Shown one piece after another: positions 8,369 through 17,516 of a DNA stretch of 64,000 bases. The stretch is from the sequence record PZ452610.1; one strand, 5' to 3'. The translations under genes were made by a program, and so were the position numbers. Below the pieces are notes generated by a model. That model made no database searches and was not told the DNA's origin. It saw nothing but the letters and a program-made list of their open reading frames with translations. Numbering within the stretch: the stretch's first letter is position 1; each line of letters starts with the position of its first letter. This DNA comes from a phage.

Positions 8369-10184
8369 AGGACATCCATTCTTTACGAAGTTCTGAATCA
8401 TCACCCAACAACATTTCAAAGAGTTCTTTCCAATTTTCAGGAAGTTTAACTACGTCGTACACAGGGTTCTGAATCATTTCACGATATTCTGACTTTTCAA
8501 GGGAGCCTAATCCCTTGATGTATCGAATACTATGCTTAGGCAGTGTATCTTTAACTTCTTCATACTCAGCTACAGTATAAAACCATTTTTGAGCTTTGCC
8601 AATTTGTGCAATAATTACAGGCGTTTTAACAAAGCGAATACGTCCTTGTTCAAACAATTCAGGCCAATTACTAAAGAAAGCAAGCAAAGCCGGATAGATA
8701 CTTCCAAGACCGTCGTGATCTGCATCAGTCATAATTGCAATATTACGATAGTTCGTATTCTCTGCCTTTTCACCAAGAATAAGACCTGTGATAGCACAGA
8801 TATCAAAGAGCTCTTTGTTCTTCATCATATCAGCATATGACATACCCCAGCTATTCATCACCTTACCACGTAATGGGAATCCGCCGTGTAGTTCACGGTC
8901 ACGAACATCAATGAGATAACCAATTGCAGAATCACCTTCTGTTAAGAACAATGTCGTATCTGCATCTTTACCACATTGGTTAGCTTTAATATGCTTATGA
9001 ACCTTAGCTTTAGTTGCCTTTTTAGCTGCTTTAGTTTCTGCAGCCTTTTCTGCTGCCAATTTACGAGCTAATGCTGCTTCAACAATAGGCATAATCAAGG
9101 CTTCGTTTTTAAGAAGTGCCTGAGCAATTTTCTTAGCATCTAATTGGATATGATTACGAATATCACCATACGTTGACGTTAAACGTTCTTTAGTCTGAGA
9201 ATCAAAACGCATGTTGCTCATGTCTCTAATAAACATCAACATTGTGAGGCATTCTTTAACACGAGCTTTAGTGACTTCAATACCCTTATATTTCTTTTTA
9301 ATACCCGGCAAAAGATGTTCGCAGATATCGTCCATTACACATTCAACATGATGACCACCATTTTTAGTATGGATGTTATTCACATAAGTTAAATGACGGA
9401 AGCCATCTGGTGATGTTGTGAATGCTATAGAGACTTTATCATTTTCTTGAATGATGTTATCTTCACCAAATTGTTTAGCAAATCGTTTAAAATTACCATC
9501 AACCTTTTTACCATTAAATGTGAACTTGATATCAGGATAAACGACTGCCAATGTTTGAAGTCGGTCTAAAGTAATATCTAAATAAATTTGAGATAAATTA
9601 TGCTCTTCAAATGAAGAGAAATCAGGAGTGAAGATTACTTTAGTGCCTTTACCTTTAGATTTCTTAGAAGACCATGATTTGTTTTCCATTCCGTTTGAAC
9701 AGTTAACAGTGATTTCATTTTCGCCATCTGACGTGATGCCTGTAAACAACGTAGAGAAGATATTAGTTAAACTACTCCCGACGCCGTTCATACCACCAGT
9801 CTTGCGTTCAGAATCATCGCCAAAGTTACCACCAGCTTTTGGAATAGTCCAGGCTGCTACAGGCCCAGGAATTTGTTCACCTGTTTGGTCGGTAACTAAA
9901 CCTTGAGGAATACCACGTCCGTTATCTTCCACCGAAACTTGATTATTTTTAATTTGCACATCAATTTTATTTGCAAACTTAAATGATGTACGAATAGCTT
10001 CATCAACCGAGTTGTCAATAATCTCATCGATTAATTTAACCAGACCAGGAACATATTCAACTTGTTGATATTTACCAAACAAAAAACGCTCGTGGGCTTC
10101 TTTGGCCGAAGAACCAATATACATGCCACTACGTTTCTTAATATGTTCTACATCTGACAGTACCTTAATTTCATTTTTAATCAT
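8367..10184 (-). CDS. 39: DNA topoisomerase II large subunit (GyrB-like), single 39+60 fused form
   Basis: 605 aa; MIKNEIKVLSDVEHIKKRSGMYIGS and IDNSVDEA GHKL motifs; length equals T4 gp39 plus gp60. Confidence 0.9.
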   Translation of the reverse strand: MIKNEIKVLSDVEHIKKRSGMYIGSSAKEAHERFLFGKYQQVEYVPGLVKLIDEIIDNSVDEAIRTSFKFANKIDVQIKNNQVSVEDNGRGIPQGLVTDQTGEQIPGPVAAWTIPKAGGNFGDDSERKTGGMNGVGSSLTNIFSTLFTGITSDGENEITVNCSNGMENKSWSSKKSKGKGTKVIFTPDFSSFEEHNLSQIYLDITLDRLQTLAVVYPDIKFTFNGKKVDGNFKRFAKQFGEDNIIQENDKVSIAFTTSPDGFRHLTYVNNIHTKNGGHHVECVMDDICEHLLPGIKKKYKGIEVTKARVKECLTMLMFIRDMSNMRFDSQTKERLTSTYGDIRNHIQLDAKKIAQALLKNEALIMPIVEAALARKLAAEKAAETKAAKKATKAKVHKHIKANQCGKDADTTLFLTEGDSAIGYLIDVRDRELHGGFPLRGKVMNSWGMSYADMMKNKELFDICAITGLILGEKAENTNYRNIAIMTDADHDGLGSIYPALLAFFSNWPELFEQGRIRFVKTPVIIAQIGKAQKWFYTVAEYEEVKDTLPKHSIRYIKGLGSLEKSEYREMIQNPVYDVVKLPENWKELFEMLLGDDSELRKEWMS

Positions 10185-10206
10185 GTTGTCTCCTCGTTAT
10201 GAAGGT

Positions 10207-10231
10207 ATTCTATCATCCGAAATCTAAAGCA
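10207..10231 (-). promoter_or_regulatory. MotA-box middle promoter upstream of gene 39
   Basis: Minus strand TGCTTTA (exact MotA box), 12 bp, TAGAAT; AGGAG RBS follows. Confidence 0.5.
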
Positions 10232-10249
10232 AAAAGGGCCGAAGCCCTT
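10228..10249 (-). terminator. UUCG-tetraloop terminator
   Basis: Minus strand AAGGGC-UUCG-GCCCUU followed by UUU; overlaps stop of 10248..10670. Confidence 0.55.
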
Positions 10250-10670
10250 ATTTAAATTTAATTTTCTGAAGTGCATCAATTGCAGCCAAACGCCCTTGTT
10301 CACTTTTAACTGTAATGACCACATCACCTGATACGATCACCGAACCATCAACAAATTCTATAGAGCCTTTTTTGAAATCGACAGCTGTATCTGGTTCCGG
10401 AACTTCTTCAAAGAATTTAAATTCTGCACCATAAATCAGAATATCACCTTGCATACTAATGATTGTACGTCCAGGTCCATCGGTTTCAGCGGCAATCATT
10501 GAAACACCGTAGCCAATCATCTCTTCTACAATAAAATCTCTTGATAATAAAACCGTATGCAGAGTAGTGTTAAGACGTTTACCAGTCGTATTAAGAATTC
10601 TCAAGAAATTATCTTCCTGTCCTTTGATAATACGATATTTCTTACCAACTTCAAAACCTTTAAAAGCCAT
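10248..10670 (-). CDS. hypothetical protein (140 aa)
   Basis: ORF track; followed by UUCG hairpin terminator. Confidence 0.55.
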   Translation of the reverse strand: MAFKGFEVGKKYRIIKGQEDNFLRILNTTGKRLNTTLHTVLLSRDFIVEEMIGYGVSMIAAETDGPGRTIISMQGDILIYGAEFKFFEEVPEPDTAVDFKKGSIEFVDGSVIVSGDVVITVKSEQGRLAAIDALQKIKFK

Positions 10671-10672
10671 AA

Positions 10673-10852
10673 TTAACCCTTCTTAAGTAAGTCGTAAAAA
10701 CCACCGTTCACATGTTTAGGAGCAGAAACCCGACGAGTAGACAGACGATGACATTCAGGGCAAACATCGTTTTCTCGTTCAGAAATCCTTTTAATTTTTT
10801 CATATTCATGACCACAATCTTCAGATTGACATTTATAATCGTATAACGGCAT
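10673..10852 (-). CDS. zinc-ribbon protein (59 aa)
   Basis: Sub-threshold ORF MPLYDYKCQSEDCGHEYE...CPECHRL with two CxxC pairs; AGGA RBS. Confidence 0.4.
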   Translation of the reverse strand: MPLYDYKCQSEDCGHEYEKIKRISERENDVCPECHRLSTRRVSAPKHVNGGFYDLLKKG

Positions 10853-10854
10853 TA

Positions 10855-11265
10855 TTATTCCTTAAAATGTGCTTTCAACATTTGATACAAAGACCATGCC
10901 TGGTCATTATTTTTGATAGTAATCGTCATCACAGGAAATTCAGACAATTCATCAAGTTCACCAGAATCTTGCTCTTCGGACGCTTGATATGGATTTCCAA
11001 CTTCGTCAAAGAACTCTGCTTCATTAGTGGAGAGCCAAATAAAGTTTTCATCAAGAATATCACCGCCTGTTGCGTATCCAACTGTGCCAGTAGATGTCAC
11101 AATTTTAGTAGGACGACCAAGATGGTCAACATCTAATACTTTAAATGGTTCCATGCCAAGACGTCGTGCATAAATCCCATTATCAGTGTGGTCTTTAATA
11201 AACTCTTCTTGGGCACGTTTATCTTTAAATTGGTACCATGAGTTAACGCGGAATTTATTAGCCAT
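10855..11265 (-). CDS. hypothetical protein (136 aa)
   Basis: ORF track trimmed to MANKFRV start adjoining upstream stop. Confidence 0.5.
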   Translation of the reverse strand: MANKFRVNSWYQFKDKRAQEEFIKDHTDNGIYARRLGMEPFKVLDVDHLGRPTKIVTSTGTVGYATGGDILDENFIWLSTNEAEFFDEVGNPYQASEEQDSGELDELSEFPVMTITIKNNDQAWSLYQMLKAHFKE

Positions 11266-11492
11266 TAGTAAGTTTCCTTCCAATAAGTTGTACCGTTTTC
11301 AGTGATTTCACGGAAGATACCATAGATGGGCATTTCATCGCCAAGTTTTTCGTAAACGTAAACCACTTCGGTGTAGCATAAAAATTCGGTCCAGTTTTTC
11401 TGTACAACAACTAAATCAGGATTAAACAGAACATCTTCAAACTCATCGATGTTTGAATCGGTAGTTACGTTTTTAATGATTTGACGTTTCAT
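11265..11492 (-). CDS. hypothetical protein (75 aa)
   Basis: ORF track trimmed to MKRQII start (AGGAG RBS) downstream of early promoter 11521-11550. Confidence 0.5.
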   Translation of the reverse strand: MKRQIIKNVTTDSNIDEFEDVLFNPDLVVVQKNWTEFLCYTEVVYVYEKLGDEMPIYGIFREITENGTTYWKETY

Positions 11493-11520
11493 AATATTCT
11501 CCTCTTGTTTTGATAGGTCT

Positions 11521-11550
11521 ATAGTATCATAGACCATAGTTGTTGTACAT
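11521..11550 (-). promoter_or_regulatory. early-type promoter with stem-loop
   Basis: Minus strand TGTACA, 18 bp, TACTAT; GGTCTAT/ATAGACC stem around -10. Confidence 0.45.
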
Positions 11551-12074
11551 CATTTTAGCAAAATAAAATCAACTTGTTCTGCCAATGAACGTCTAAACAT
11601 TAATTGACAACTTCCGAGTATGAAATCAGGTGCTTCATAGACCGCGATGTAGTATCCTTTAGCTTTCAAGAGTTCAACATCCACTTGGTCATCAAACCAT
11701 GCATAAACCGCGTCAACACTTTCAAATCCAAAATAGAACCCTTGAGCCCAATCTTCACTCAATTCAAATGTGTACTCAATTCTATGGTATCTTAAGATAT
11801 TTTGTTCAAGGAGTTTGTCTTCATTTACTGTAGGACGATTAGGGACATTATAGTTGTCGCCGTGATGGTAGAAGTTACCTGAGAGTATTCCATGCTTATC
11901 AAGGAATTCCCATGTTTCTTCAGAGTTGTCGGTGCCTGACCAACCGTACGGCGAGCGAGGTTCTTTATTCCAAGAGGTTTCCCAAATTCTGACGGCTTTA
12001 CCGTCTTCGATAGCAATTCCTGGTAATGATTCACGTTGAGTACAAAAACTACGTTCTACGCGGTAAACTAACAT
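11550..12074 (-). CDS. hypothetical protein (174 aa)
   Basis: ORF track; AGGAG RBS; early promoter upstream. Confidence 0.55.
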   Translation of the reverse strand: MLVYRVERSFCTQRESLPGIAIEDGKAVRIWETSWNKEPRSPYGWSGTDNSEETWEFLDKHGILSGNFYHHGDNYNVPNRPTVNEDKLLEQNILRYHRIEYTFELSEDWAQGFYFGFESVDAVYAWFDDQVDVELLKAKGYYIAVYEAPDFILGSCQLMFRRSLAEQVDFILLK

Positions 12075-12099
12075 ATTATTCTCCTCTGGTTGATATGGT

Positions 12100-12129
12100 T
12101 ATAATATCAAATCCAGAGGAGAAGTAAAC
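12100..12129 (-). promoter_or_regulatory. early-type promoter with stem-loop
   Basis: Minus strand GTTTAC, 17 bp, TATTAT; CCTCTGG/CCAGAGG inverted repeat spans the -10. Confidence 0.5.
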
Positions 12130-12133
12130 AACT

Positions 12134-12553
12134 TTATGCGAAAGCAGCTGGGCTATATTTTTTAATTTGGAATTCAGGAACTACCATGAACTGTCCAGCG
12201 AAAACAATGTTATAAAGCTTAACACCATCTTCTACCCAACGGTCGCTAATAAATCCGGCGATTTGCTTAGTTTTCCACGGTGTTCCATCAGTTGCCGCAG
12301 CAATAGTGAATTCATGGTCTTTTTCAACAGAAACTGATCTGCATAATCCCCATTTGAACGCTTTTTCTTCCGGTTCAATGAATTGGCTTTTAACGTAACC
12401 AATGTTACCATCAGCGTCACGAACTTTAACTTCGTTACGTCCAAAAACAGGATCACTCACAGAAAGAACTTCAACCAACTTCCCGGCAACTTTAGAGCGA
12501 GAAGCAACAGATACATATACGTAATCACCTGTAGAGAGATTTACAATATTCAT
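12134..12553 (-). CDS. hypothetical protein, tandem paralog 1 (139 aa)
   Basis: Shares GFISD.WVEDG.KLYNIVF.G.F.VV motif with next two ORFs. Confidence 0.55.
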   Translation of the reverse strand: MNIVNLSTGDYVYVSVASRSKVAGKLVEVLSVSDPVFGRNEVKVRDADGNIGYVKSQFIEPEEKAFKWGLCRSVSVEKDHEFTIAAATDGTPWKTKQIAGFISDRWVEDGVKLYNIVFAGQFMVVPEFQIKKYSPAAFA

Positions 12554-12562
12554 AATAATTCC

Positions 12563-13018
12563 TTAAGCTTTACGAGGAGACACATAGCGAGTGATTTCAG
12601 ATTCTTTAACAACTCGGAAGTCACCTAAGAATACGATATTGTATAACTTTTCACCATCTTCAACCCATTGGTCACTAATGAAGCCACACATGGTATCAGT
12701 TGTGCTTGGATAGCCGTATTCATCGATGAAGTCAAATTCTTTATCAGTCTGGAATTCAACACCTTTACACAAGGCCCATTTGAACTGTGCATTAGGTTCA
12801 GTAGAAGCAAAATGAGCGCTCACATGAGTTTCCAAGAATTTAGGACTTACGTAAGCATATTGAGTATCCTGACGTCCAAAACTAGGAATGATTCGAACTT
12901 TAACTTCTTTAATACGTCCCATGCCATTTGTGCGAAGTCCGACAACTTCAACCAGACGACCTGCGGCTTTAGAACGGGATGCAGTTGATACACGCTTAAT
13001 TTCACCAATAGTAATCAT
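12563..13018 (-). CDS. hypothetical protein, tandem paralog 2 (151 aa)
   Basis: Paralog of 12134..12553 (STASRSKAAGRLVEV and C-terminal WVEDG motif). Confidence 0.55.
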   Translation of the reverse strand: MITIGEIKRVSTASRSKAAGRLVEVVGLRTNGMGRIKEVKVRIIPSFGRQDTQYAYVSPKFLETHVSAHFASTEPNAQFKWALCKGVEFQTDKEFDFIDEYGYPSTTDTMCGFISDQWVEDGEKLYNIVFLGDFRVVKESEITRYVSPRKA

Positions 13019-13046
13019 AATTTCTCTCTTTGTTTAAATTGAATTC

Positions 13047-13076
13047 ACTATACTCCATCCATCCTTGGATGTACAA
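13047..13076 (-). promoter_or_regulatory. early-type promoter
   Basis: Minus strand TTGTAC, 18 bp, TATAGT; ctccatccatccttggatgtac variant of the repeated cassette. Confidence 0.45.
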
Positions 13077-13078
13077 CA

Positions 13079-13573
13079 TTAATTTAGAATATTAACCACA
13101 GCACTACGTGGAACTACACTAAAATCACCTGCATGAACAACGTTCAGAAGTTCAACACCGTCTTCAATCCACTGGTCAGTTACCCAGCCACTTACCGGTC
13201 CAGCGAATGGTCGACGAATTGAAACTGCTTTACACAACAAGTCTGTAGGCTCGATAGGTTTAACTAAAGTACCGTACATAGAAGCGATGTCCATATCAAA
13301 GTGGAGACCATCTTTAACAGGTGCTTCTCCAATCAACAGTTCAAAGTCGGTGCTTGGAAGGGCGGTAGTAGAAATTGTACCATATGAATTTTTAATTTCT
13401 AAGAATAACCAAGGGCCTTCAGCTTGTTTGATGAAGTTAACAATAGTGAAACTATTACCTTGAGTGGCACCTAAAATTTCACAAAACTTTTCATAAGCTC
13501 GCACTGAAGCACCGTACCAGTTGATTTGTTTTTCGTCTTTCAGGATGTAAGTGGCCGTAGTATTGATATTCAT
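13079..13573 (-). CDS. hypothetical protein, tandem paralog 3 (about 164 aa)
   Basis: C-terminal GWVTDQWIEDGVELLNVVHAGDF related to the two upstream ORFs; start moved to MNINTT because the track start overlaps the promoter. Confidence 0.5.
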   Translation of the reverse strand: MNINTTATYILKDEKQINWYGASVRAYEKFCEILGATQGNSFTIVNFIKQAEGPWLFLEIKNSYGTISTTALPSTDFELLIGEAPVKDGLHFDMDIASMYGTLVKPIEPTDLLCKAVSIRRPFAGPVSGWVTDQWIEDGVELLNVVHAGDFSVVPRSAVVNILN

Positions 13574-13603
13574 AATGGTTTCCAGTTTGGTTAAGATAGA
13601 AAG

Positions 13604-13633
13604 ATTATACTCCAACCATCCTTGGTTGTAAAC
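13604..13633 (-). promoter_or_regulatory. early-type promoter (repeated cassette copy)
   Basis: Minus strand GTTTAC-aaccaaggatggttggag-TATAAT; same cassette at 55614 and 56634. Confidence 0.5.
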
Positions 13634-13638
13634 TGTTT

Positions 13639-14316
13639 TTATCGCTGTTTTACACTTAACGGGTCAGGATTCTCAGGGACATCTTCAAGGCCAAGCGCAT
13701 AACGCTGAGCATATTTTAACATCAAAATATCTTTAGCACAATCATGAATACTATCATGGGCAACGAATCCTTTTAGCGTACCCATCGGTAATGGACACAT
13801 ACTTAATCCTCGTGTCAACGAGTAAGCTTCGATTGCTGTACGAATATCACGTTGAGCCCAGAATTTAACCGGTTCTAATTTATCAGTATCAATATCTGGT
13901 TCAAGAACACCTTCATCACGATAGAGGTCACGAATCAAATCGACCAAGATCGGGAAGTCAAAGCTCATACCACGGCACCACATCTGTGATTTCCATTGGT
14001 CAACTTTATTAGCTCGACAATAATCTAAAAAGATTTTAATGCCTTCAAGCGTAGTGACATCGTCTTCAGACGGAGCCAAGTTTTTACGTGCTTCAGCCGA
14101 TTGTTCTTTCCACCATTTCATAGTGGATTTAGCGAAAACTCGCTTCCCTTTCTGAGAAGCTAAATTAAATTTAATTCGCTTACCTCGTTGAACAAGTTCT
14201 TCAAATGATTCAACAACTTCAGGGTCGGAATTATATGCAATAACCGCAAGGTCAATAACAGCCGCTTTTGATGTATTGCCGAATGTTTCAAAGTCTATAA
14301 TAACATCAGTGCTCAT
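13639..14316 (-). CDS. dexA: exonuclease A (DEDDh 3'-5' exonuclease)
   Basis: 225 aa; N-terminal IIDFETFG Exo I motif; position between motB-like region and dda as in T4. Confidence 0.8.
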   Translation of the reverse strand: MSTDVIIDFETFGNTSKAAVIDLAVIAYNSDPEVVESFEELVQRGKRIKFNLASQKGKRVFAKSTMKWWKEQSAEARKNLAPSEDDVTTLEGIKIFLDYCRANKVDQWKSQMWCRGMSFDFPILVDLIRDLYRDEGVLEPDIDTDKLEPVKFWAQRDIRTAIEAYSLTRGLSMCPLPMGTLKGFVAHDSIHDCAKDILMLKYAQRYALGLEDVPENPDPLSVKQR

Positions 14317-14325
14317 AATTTTCTC

Positions 14326-15639
14326 TCAAATAAAATGGACGTCAAAACGACCACGAGTCGTGCCGACATACAATAACTGTTTAGCTAATTCTGAATCGGC
14401 ATAATGGATACACGGTGTATAAACAAAGGCCGTGTCAACAGACATACCCTGGGCCTTATGGAAGGTTGATACAGGTAGTGCCTTCACCTTAGTGAACATA
14501 CGTTTAGCATCCCAGAATTCGCTCCATGGAGCTTTACCGCCTTTATTCCAGAATTTATATGTTTCTGCGGTCTTAGCCAAAAACAAATTGAATTTATAAA
14601 GCTCTTCTTCAGAAGAAATAACCTTTATATCTTCACGGATGTATTCTTCATCATCACTATATGTTTCTACTGTAAGATTCCAGTATCGTATCATATATTC
14701 GCCTGAAACACCGCGTGCTTTAACGAATGTAGACGTTTCTACAGCATCTCGAATACGAACGAATTGCCCGTTATTGAAAAGCATTTCGGTCATATTTTTG
14801 CCATCTAGCTTATATGTCTTAGTAAATGGCTCTTGTAGAACAATGACTTCGTCTTTAATAAATGGCTTTTCTGTTTCGAGAAGTTTTCGGCGAATAATTG
14901 AATTTAACTTGTCCACCGACTTATTTGTGAATGCCATCATTCGATTTTCGAAAAGGTCTTCAGGAGTTTTAACGACGTTAAAATAGTTCATCATATACGA
15001 TTTAAGGTCTGTATATCCATGAACACCGTGCCCATCAACTACTTTATCGTAAATCCATTTGCCATTACGAATATCAGTCGCAACATCAATAATTGGCGCA
15101 TTGCTACGTTTAACTTCTGTAAGGTTGCATTGCACGAAGTCTTTGTGAGTGAAGAAAGGACTTAGATACGCAGTTGATTCGCCTGGGTCTACCGGACGAA
15201 TCTGGCATCGGTCGCCGATTCCAATTACTGTGCACCATTTAGGGATACTAGCTAACATTATTTTAAACAGAGGACGGTCGCACATTGACGCTTCATCAAA
15301 TAACAGTACACGACACAAGGCTAAGTCGGGAACCTTTTTCTGTTCAAACAATACGTTTTCTTCGTATGTAGTTGGGTTGATTTTAAGAATGCTATGAATA
15401 GTCGATGCTTCTTGACCCGCAAGTTTGCTTAGAACCTTTTTAGCAGCATGTGTAGGGGCTGCTAAAATAATACCTGATTCTCCGGCAGAAATAAGAGCTT
15501 CAACGATGAATCTAGTAAGGGTTGTTTTACCTGTACCAGCAGGCCCATTAATAGTTACGTGATGTTTCTTTTCTTTAATAGCGTTCATAACAACGTTGAA
15601 GGCGTTTTTCTGGCCTTCAGTCAAATCATCAAATGTCAT
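14326..15639 (-). CDS. dda: Dda DNA helicase (SF1)
   Basis: 437 aa; Walker A GPAGTGKTT; matches T4 Dda length and order. Confidence 0.9.
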   Translation of the reverse strand: MTFDDLTEGQKNAFNVVMNAIKEKKHHVTINGPAGTGKTTLTRFIVEALISAGESGIILAAPTHAAKKVLSKLAGQEASTIHSILKINPTTYEENVLFEQKKVPDLALCRVLLFDEASMCDRPLFKIMLASIPKWCTVIGIGDRCQIRPVDPGESTAYLSPFFTHKDFVQCNLTEVKRSNAPIIDVATDIRNGKWIYDKVVDGHGVHGYTDLKSYMMNYFNVVKTPEDLFENRMMAFTNKSVDKLNSIIRRKLLETEKPFIKDEVIVLQEPFTKTYKLDGKNMTEMLFNNGQFVRIRDAVETSTFVKARGVSGEYMIRYWNLTVETYSDDEEYIREDIKVISSEEELYKFNLFLAKTAETYKFWNKGGKAPWSEFWDAKRMFTKVKALPVSTFHKAQGMSVDTAFVYTPCIHYADSELAKQLLYVGTTRGRFDVHFI

Positions 15640-15947
15640 CGTAAAGTCCCTGCAATTGGAATACTAACAATACGGCCTGTGTCCAGGATTCGTTGATACA
15701 ATCTTTGCGTCTCCGCATCTAGTTTAACGTGTTTCATTTCAAGCTTATTAAACCAGAACTTACGCGGAGTTTCGACCATTCTTAGAACTCCCATTTTTAA
15801 ATCTGTTTTATACTGTGTTTTCAAAGTATCGAAAACTTTATCTGCAATATCCTTTCTAAAAAATACTGCAGGACGATGCTCATCAAGTGGAACCGGGACA
15901 GTAAATCCTTCCATATCTCGATAAACTATTGCATATACATAAACCAT
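15636..15947 (-). CDS. hypothetical protein (103 aa), dda.1 position
   Basis: ORF track. Confidence 0.5.
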   Translation of the reverse strand: MVYVYAIVYRDMEGFTVPVPLDEHRPAVFFRKDIADKVFDTLKTQYKTDLKMGVLRMVETPRKFWFNKLEMKHVKLDAETQRLYQRILDTGRIVSIPIAGTLR

Positions 15948-15949
15948 AA

Positions 15950-16696
15950 TTAACCTTTAATCAGTTGGAATAATGATGCGCTAAGTGGTAAGCCACGTTT
16001 CAATTTTAATTTACCAATGAAACCAATCTTTTCAAAACGTTGCAGACCTTGGATAACTTTATCATATGTATCGAAAAGCGATTCAGCGTCAGTTAATTTA
16101 GTTTTAGTTTTCCAGTCAGAGCCTTTAAGAAGAACGTTGAGTTTAGTAAGTTCATGGCCTTCTGCTTGATGTGAGCCATTAATGCGTGCTTTCAAAGCAA
16201 CAATTCTAAGTTTAGATTCGTTAGATAAAGGTTGATTTTTCATCATGTTCGCCATATGCTTAACACGATTTTCACGTTTTGCTCGGATTTTTAAAATAGT
16301 ACCATAAACCTTTTTGATTTGGGCCCATTTCTTCTCGTCGAGATTAAGTTTCTCTACTTTACGGGCCGAAGGATTGGCGATACGTCTTGCAATGGCATCG
16401 CGTTTCCCAATAAGCTCTTCTAATGTTAAATCAGAACGAGCGGTGTTATATTTTTTCTTAACCGGGATAACATTACCTTTAATGTAGCCTATATCATTAT
16501 TAAAACGTTCTAAGGATAATTTCTCACCTTCAACAGAGTTATTAAAAGATTCACCTGAGTAAGCGCAGACCTTTTGATCAAGAATGTTTTTAAGGTAATT
16601 AAAGTCTAAGTTAAAATCCTTAGAGCGTCTCTTCGCAGAAGCTCTGGTGTGGTCAAGACGACGATTGATTTTGTTAATTTTATTATTTGATAACAT
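15950..16696 (-). CDS. hypothetical basic protein (248 aa); positional candidate for Srd
   Basis: ORF track; lies between dda.1 and modA as srd does in T4; no recognised motif. Confidence 0.45.
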   Translation of the reverse strand: MLSNNKINKINRRLDHTRASAKRRSKDFNLDFNYLKNILDQKVCAYSGESFNNSVEGEKLSLERFNNDIGYIKGNVIPVKKKYNTARSDLTLEELIGKRDAIARRIANPSARKVEKLNLDEKKWAQIKKVYGTILKIRAKRENRVKHMANMMKNQPLSNESKLRIVALKARINGSHQAEGHELTKLNVLLKGSDWKTKTKLTDAESLFDTYDKVIQGLQRFEKIGFIGKLKLKRGLPLSASLFQLIKG

Positions 16697-16746
16697 AATA
16701 TTTTCCTCTGTCTTACGGACGTTAAGGTCATTTAGCTGATAAGCTT

Positions 16747-16775
16747 ATAATATCATGCCCTCAGGTAGTGTACAC
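16747..16775 (-). promoter_or_regulatory. early-type promoter upstream of srd-position gene
   Basis: Minus strand GTGTAC-like -35 and TATTAT -10. Confidence 0.4.
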
Positions 16776-16849
16776 TCTTTTTTCGTAAAATGCTTTAATT
16801 TTTTATGTGTTATAATGGTTCTGAGTTCCATCCGGTTATTCCAATTCAG

Positions 16850-17458
16850 TCAGTAACTGACAATAGACAGATTCCAGATTGTATAACGTCCATCTTGAAT
16901 AATAGAATCTACACGCAGTGTAGTCCCTATAGGGAGCATAAATTCACATTCGTCAGATATAAGTCTAGCATTAGACCGTCTTGTCGCTTCAGGGAAAGCT
17001 CCATTGAACTCACAAGATGGCGCAGCCAGAATCATGTTAAGCATATGTTCACGGAAGTTGAAAGCAAATGGTGCATCTTTGATGCAGAACATATTAAATG
17101 TTCCGTAAAAATTATACGAAGCAAAGTTACGTGCTACACCGAACACTGGACTGAAGCTCATTACTCTGTCAAATTTAATAATACTACCAATGCCTTTATC
17201 ATCAAGTGTAGCCATAGTTTTCTTAGAGATTCCACGATACATTGTCTCAGGAACAGAAGACGACCAATTTCTACGAACAATTGCACTTAAATCTTTTTGG
17301 ATGCTATCAGGCTTGTTTTCCATACACTGCCATAGTACACTTTGTTCAATGTCACTGAATTGCTCATCGATTTTGTACTGAAGCATATCTTGATAATCCG
17401 GGCATTGAGCACGACGAACCATTTCTTCAATTTCACACTCGTTATACGGCATAAACAT
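16850..17458 (-). CDS. modA: ADP-ribosyltransferase (ModA-like)
   Basis: 202 aa; R (ETMYRG), S-x-S (SFSP) and E-x-E (SDECEF) ART motifs; T4 order dda-srd-modA-modB. Confidence 0.55.
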   Translation of the reverse strand: MFMPYNECEIEEMVRRAQCPDYQDMLQYKIDEQFSDIEQSVLWQCMENKPDSIQKDLSAIVRRNWSSSVPETMYRGISKKTMATLDDKGIGSIIKFDRVMSFSPVFGVARNFASYNFYGTFNMFCIKDAPFAFNFREHMLNMILAAPSCEFNGAFPEATRRSNARLISDECEFMLPIGTTLRVDSIIQDGRYTIWNLSIVSY

Positions 17459-17486
17459 TTAGGTTTCTCCTGTGGTTGATAAAGGT

Positions 17487-17516
17487 ATAGTATCATCATC
17501 GGAAGAGTTTGTACAC
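17487..17516 (-). promoter_or_regulatory. early-type promoter upstream of modA
   Basis: Minus strand GTGTAC, 18 bp, TACTAT; AGGAG RBS follows. Confidence 0.45.

Noticed and set aside
8532-9906. Plus-strand ORFs 8532..8840 and 9628..9906
   Set aside because: Antisense within topoisomerase gene 39
12232-12456. 74-aa ORF nested in 12134..12553
   Set aside because: Alternative frame inside a better-supported paralog-family gene
16805-17290. Plus-strand 161-aa ORF
   Set aside because: Antisense to modA; composition typical of wrong-strand translation
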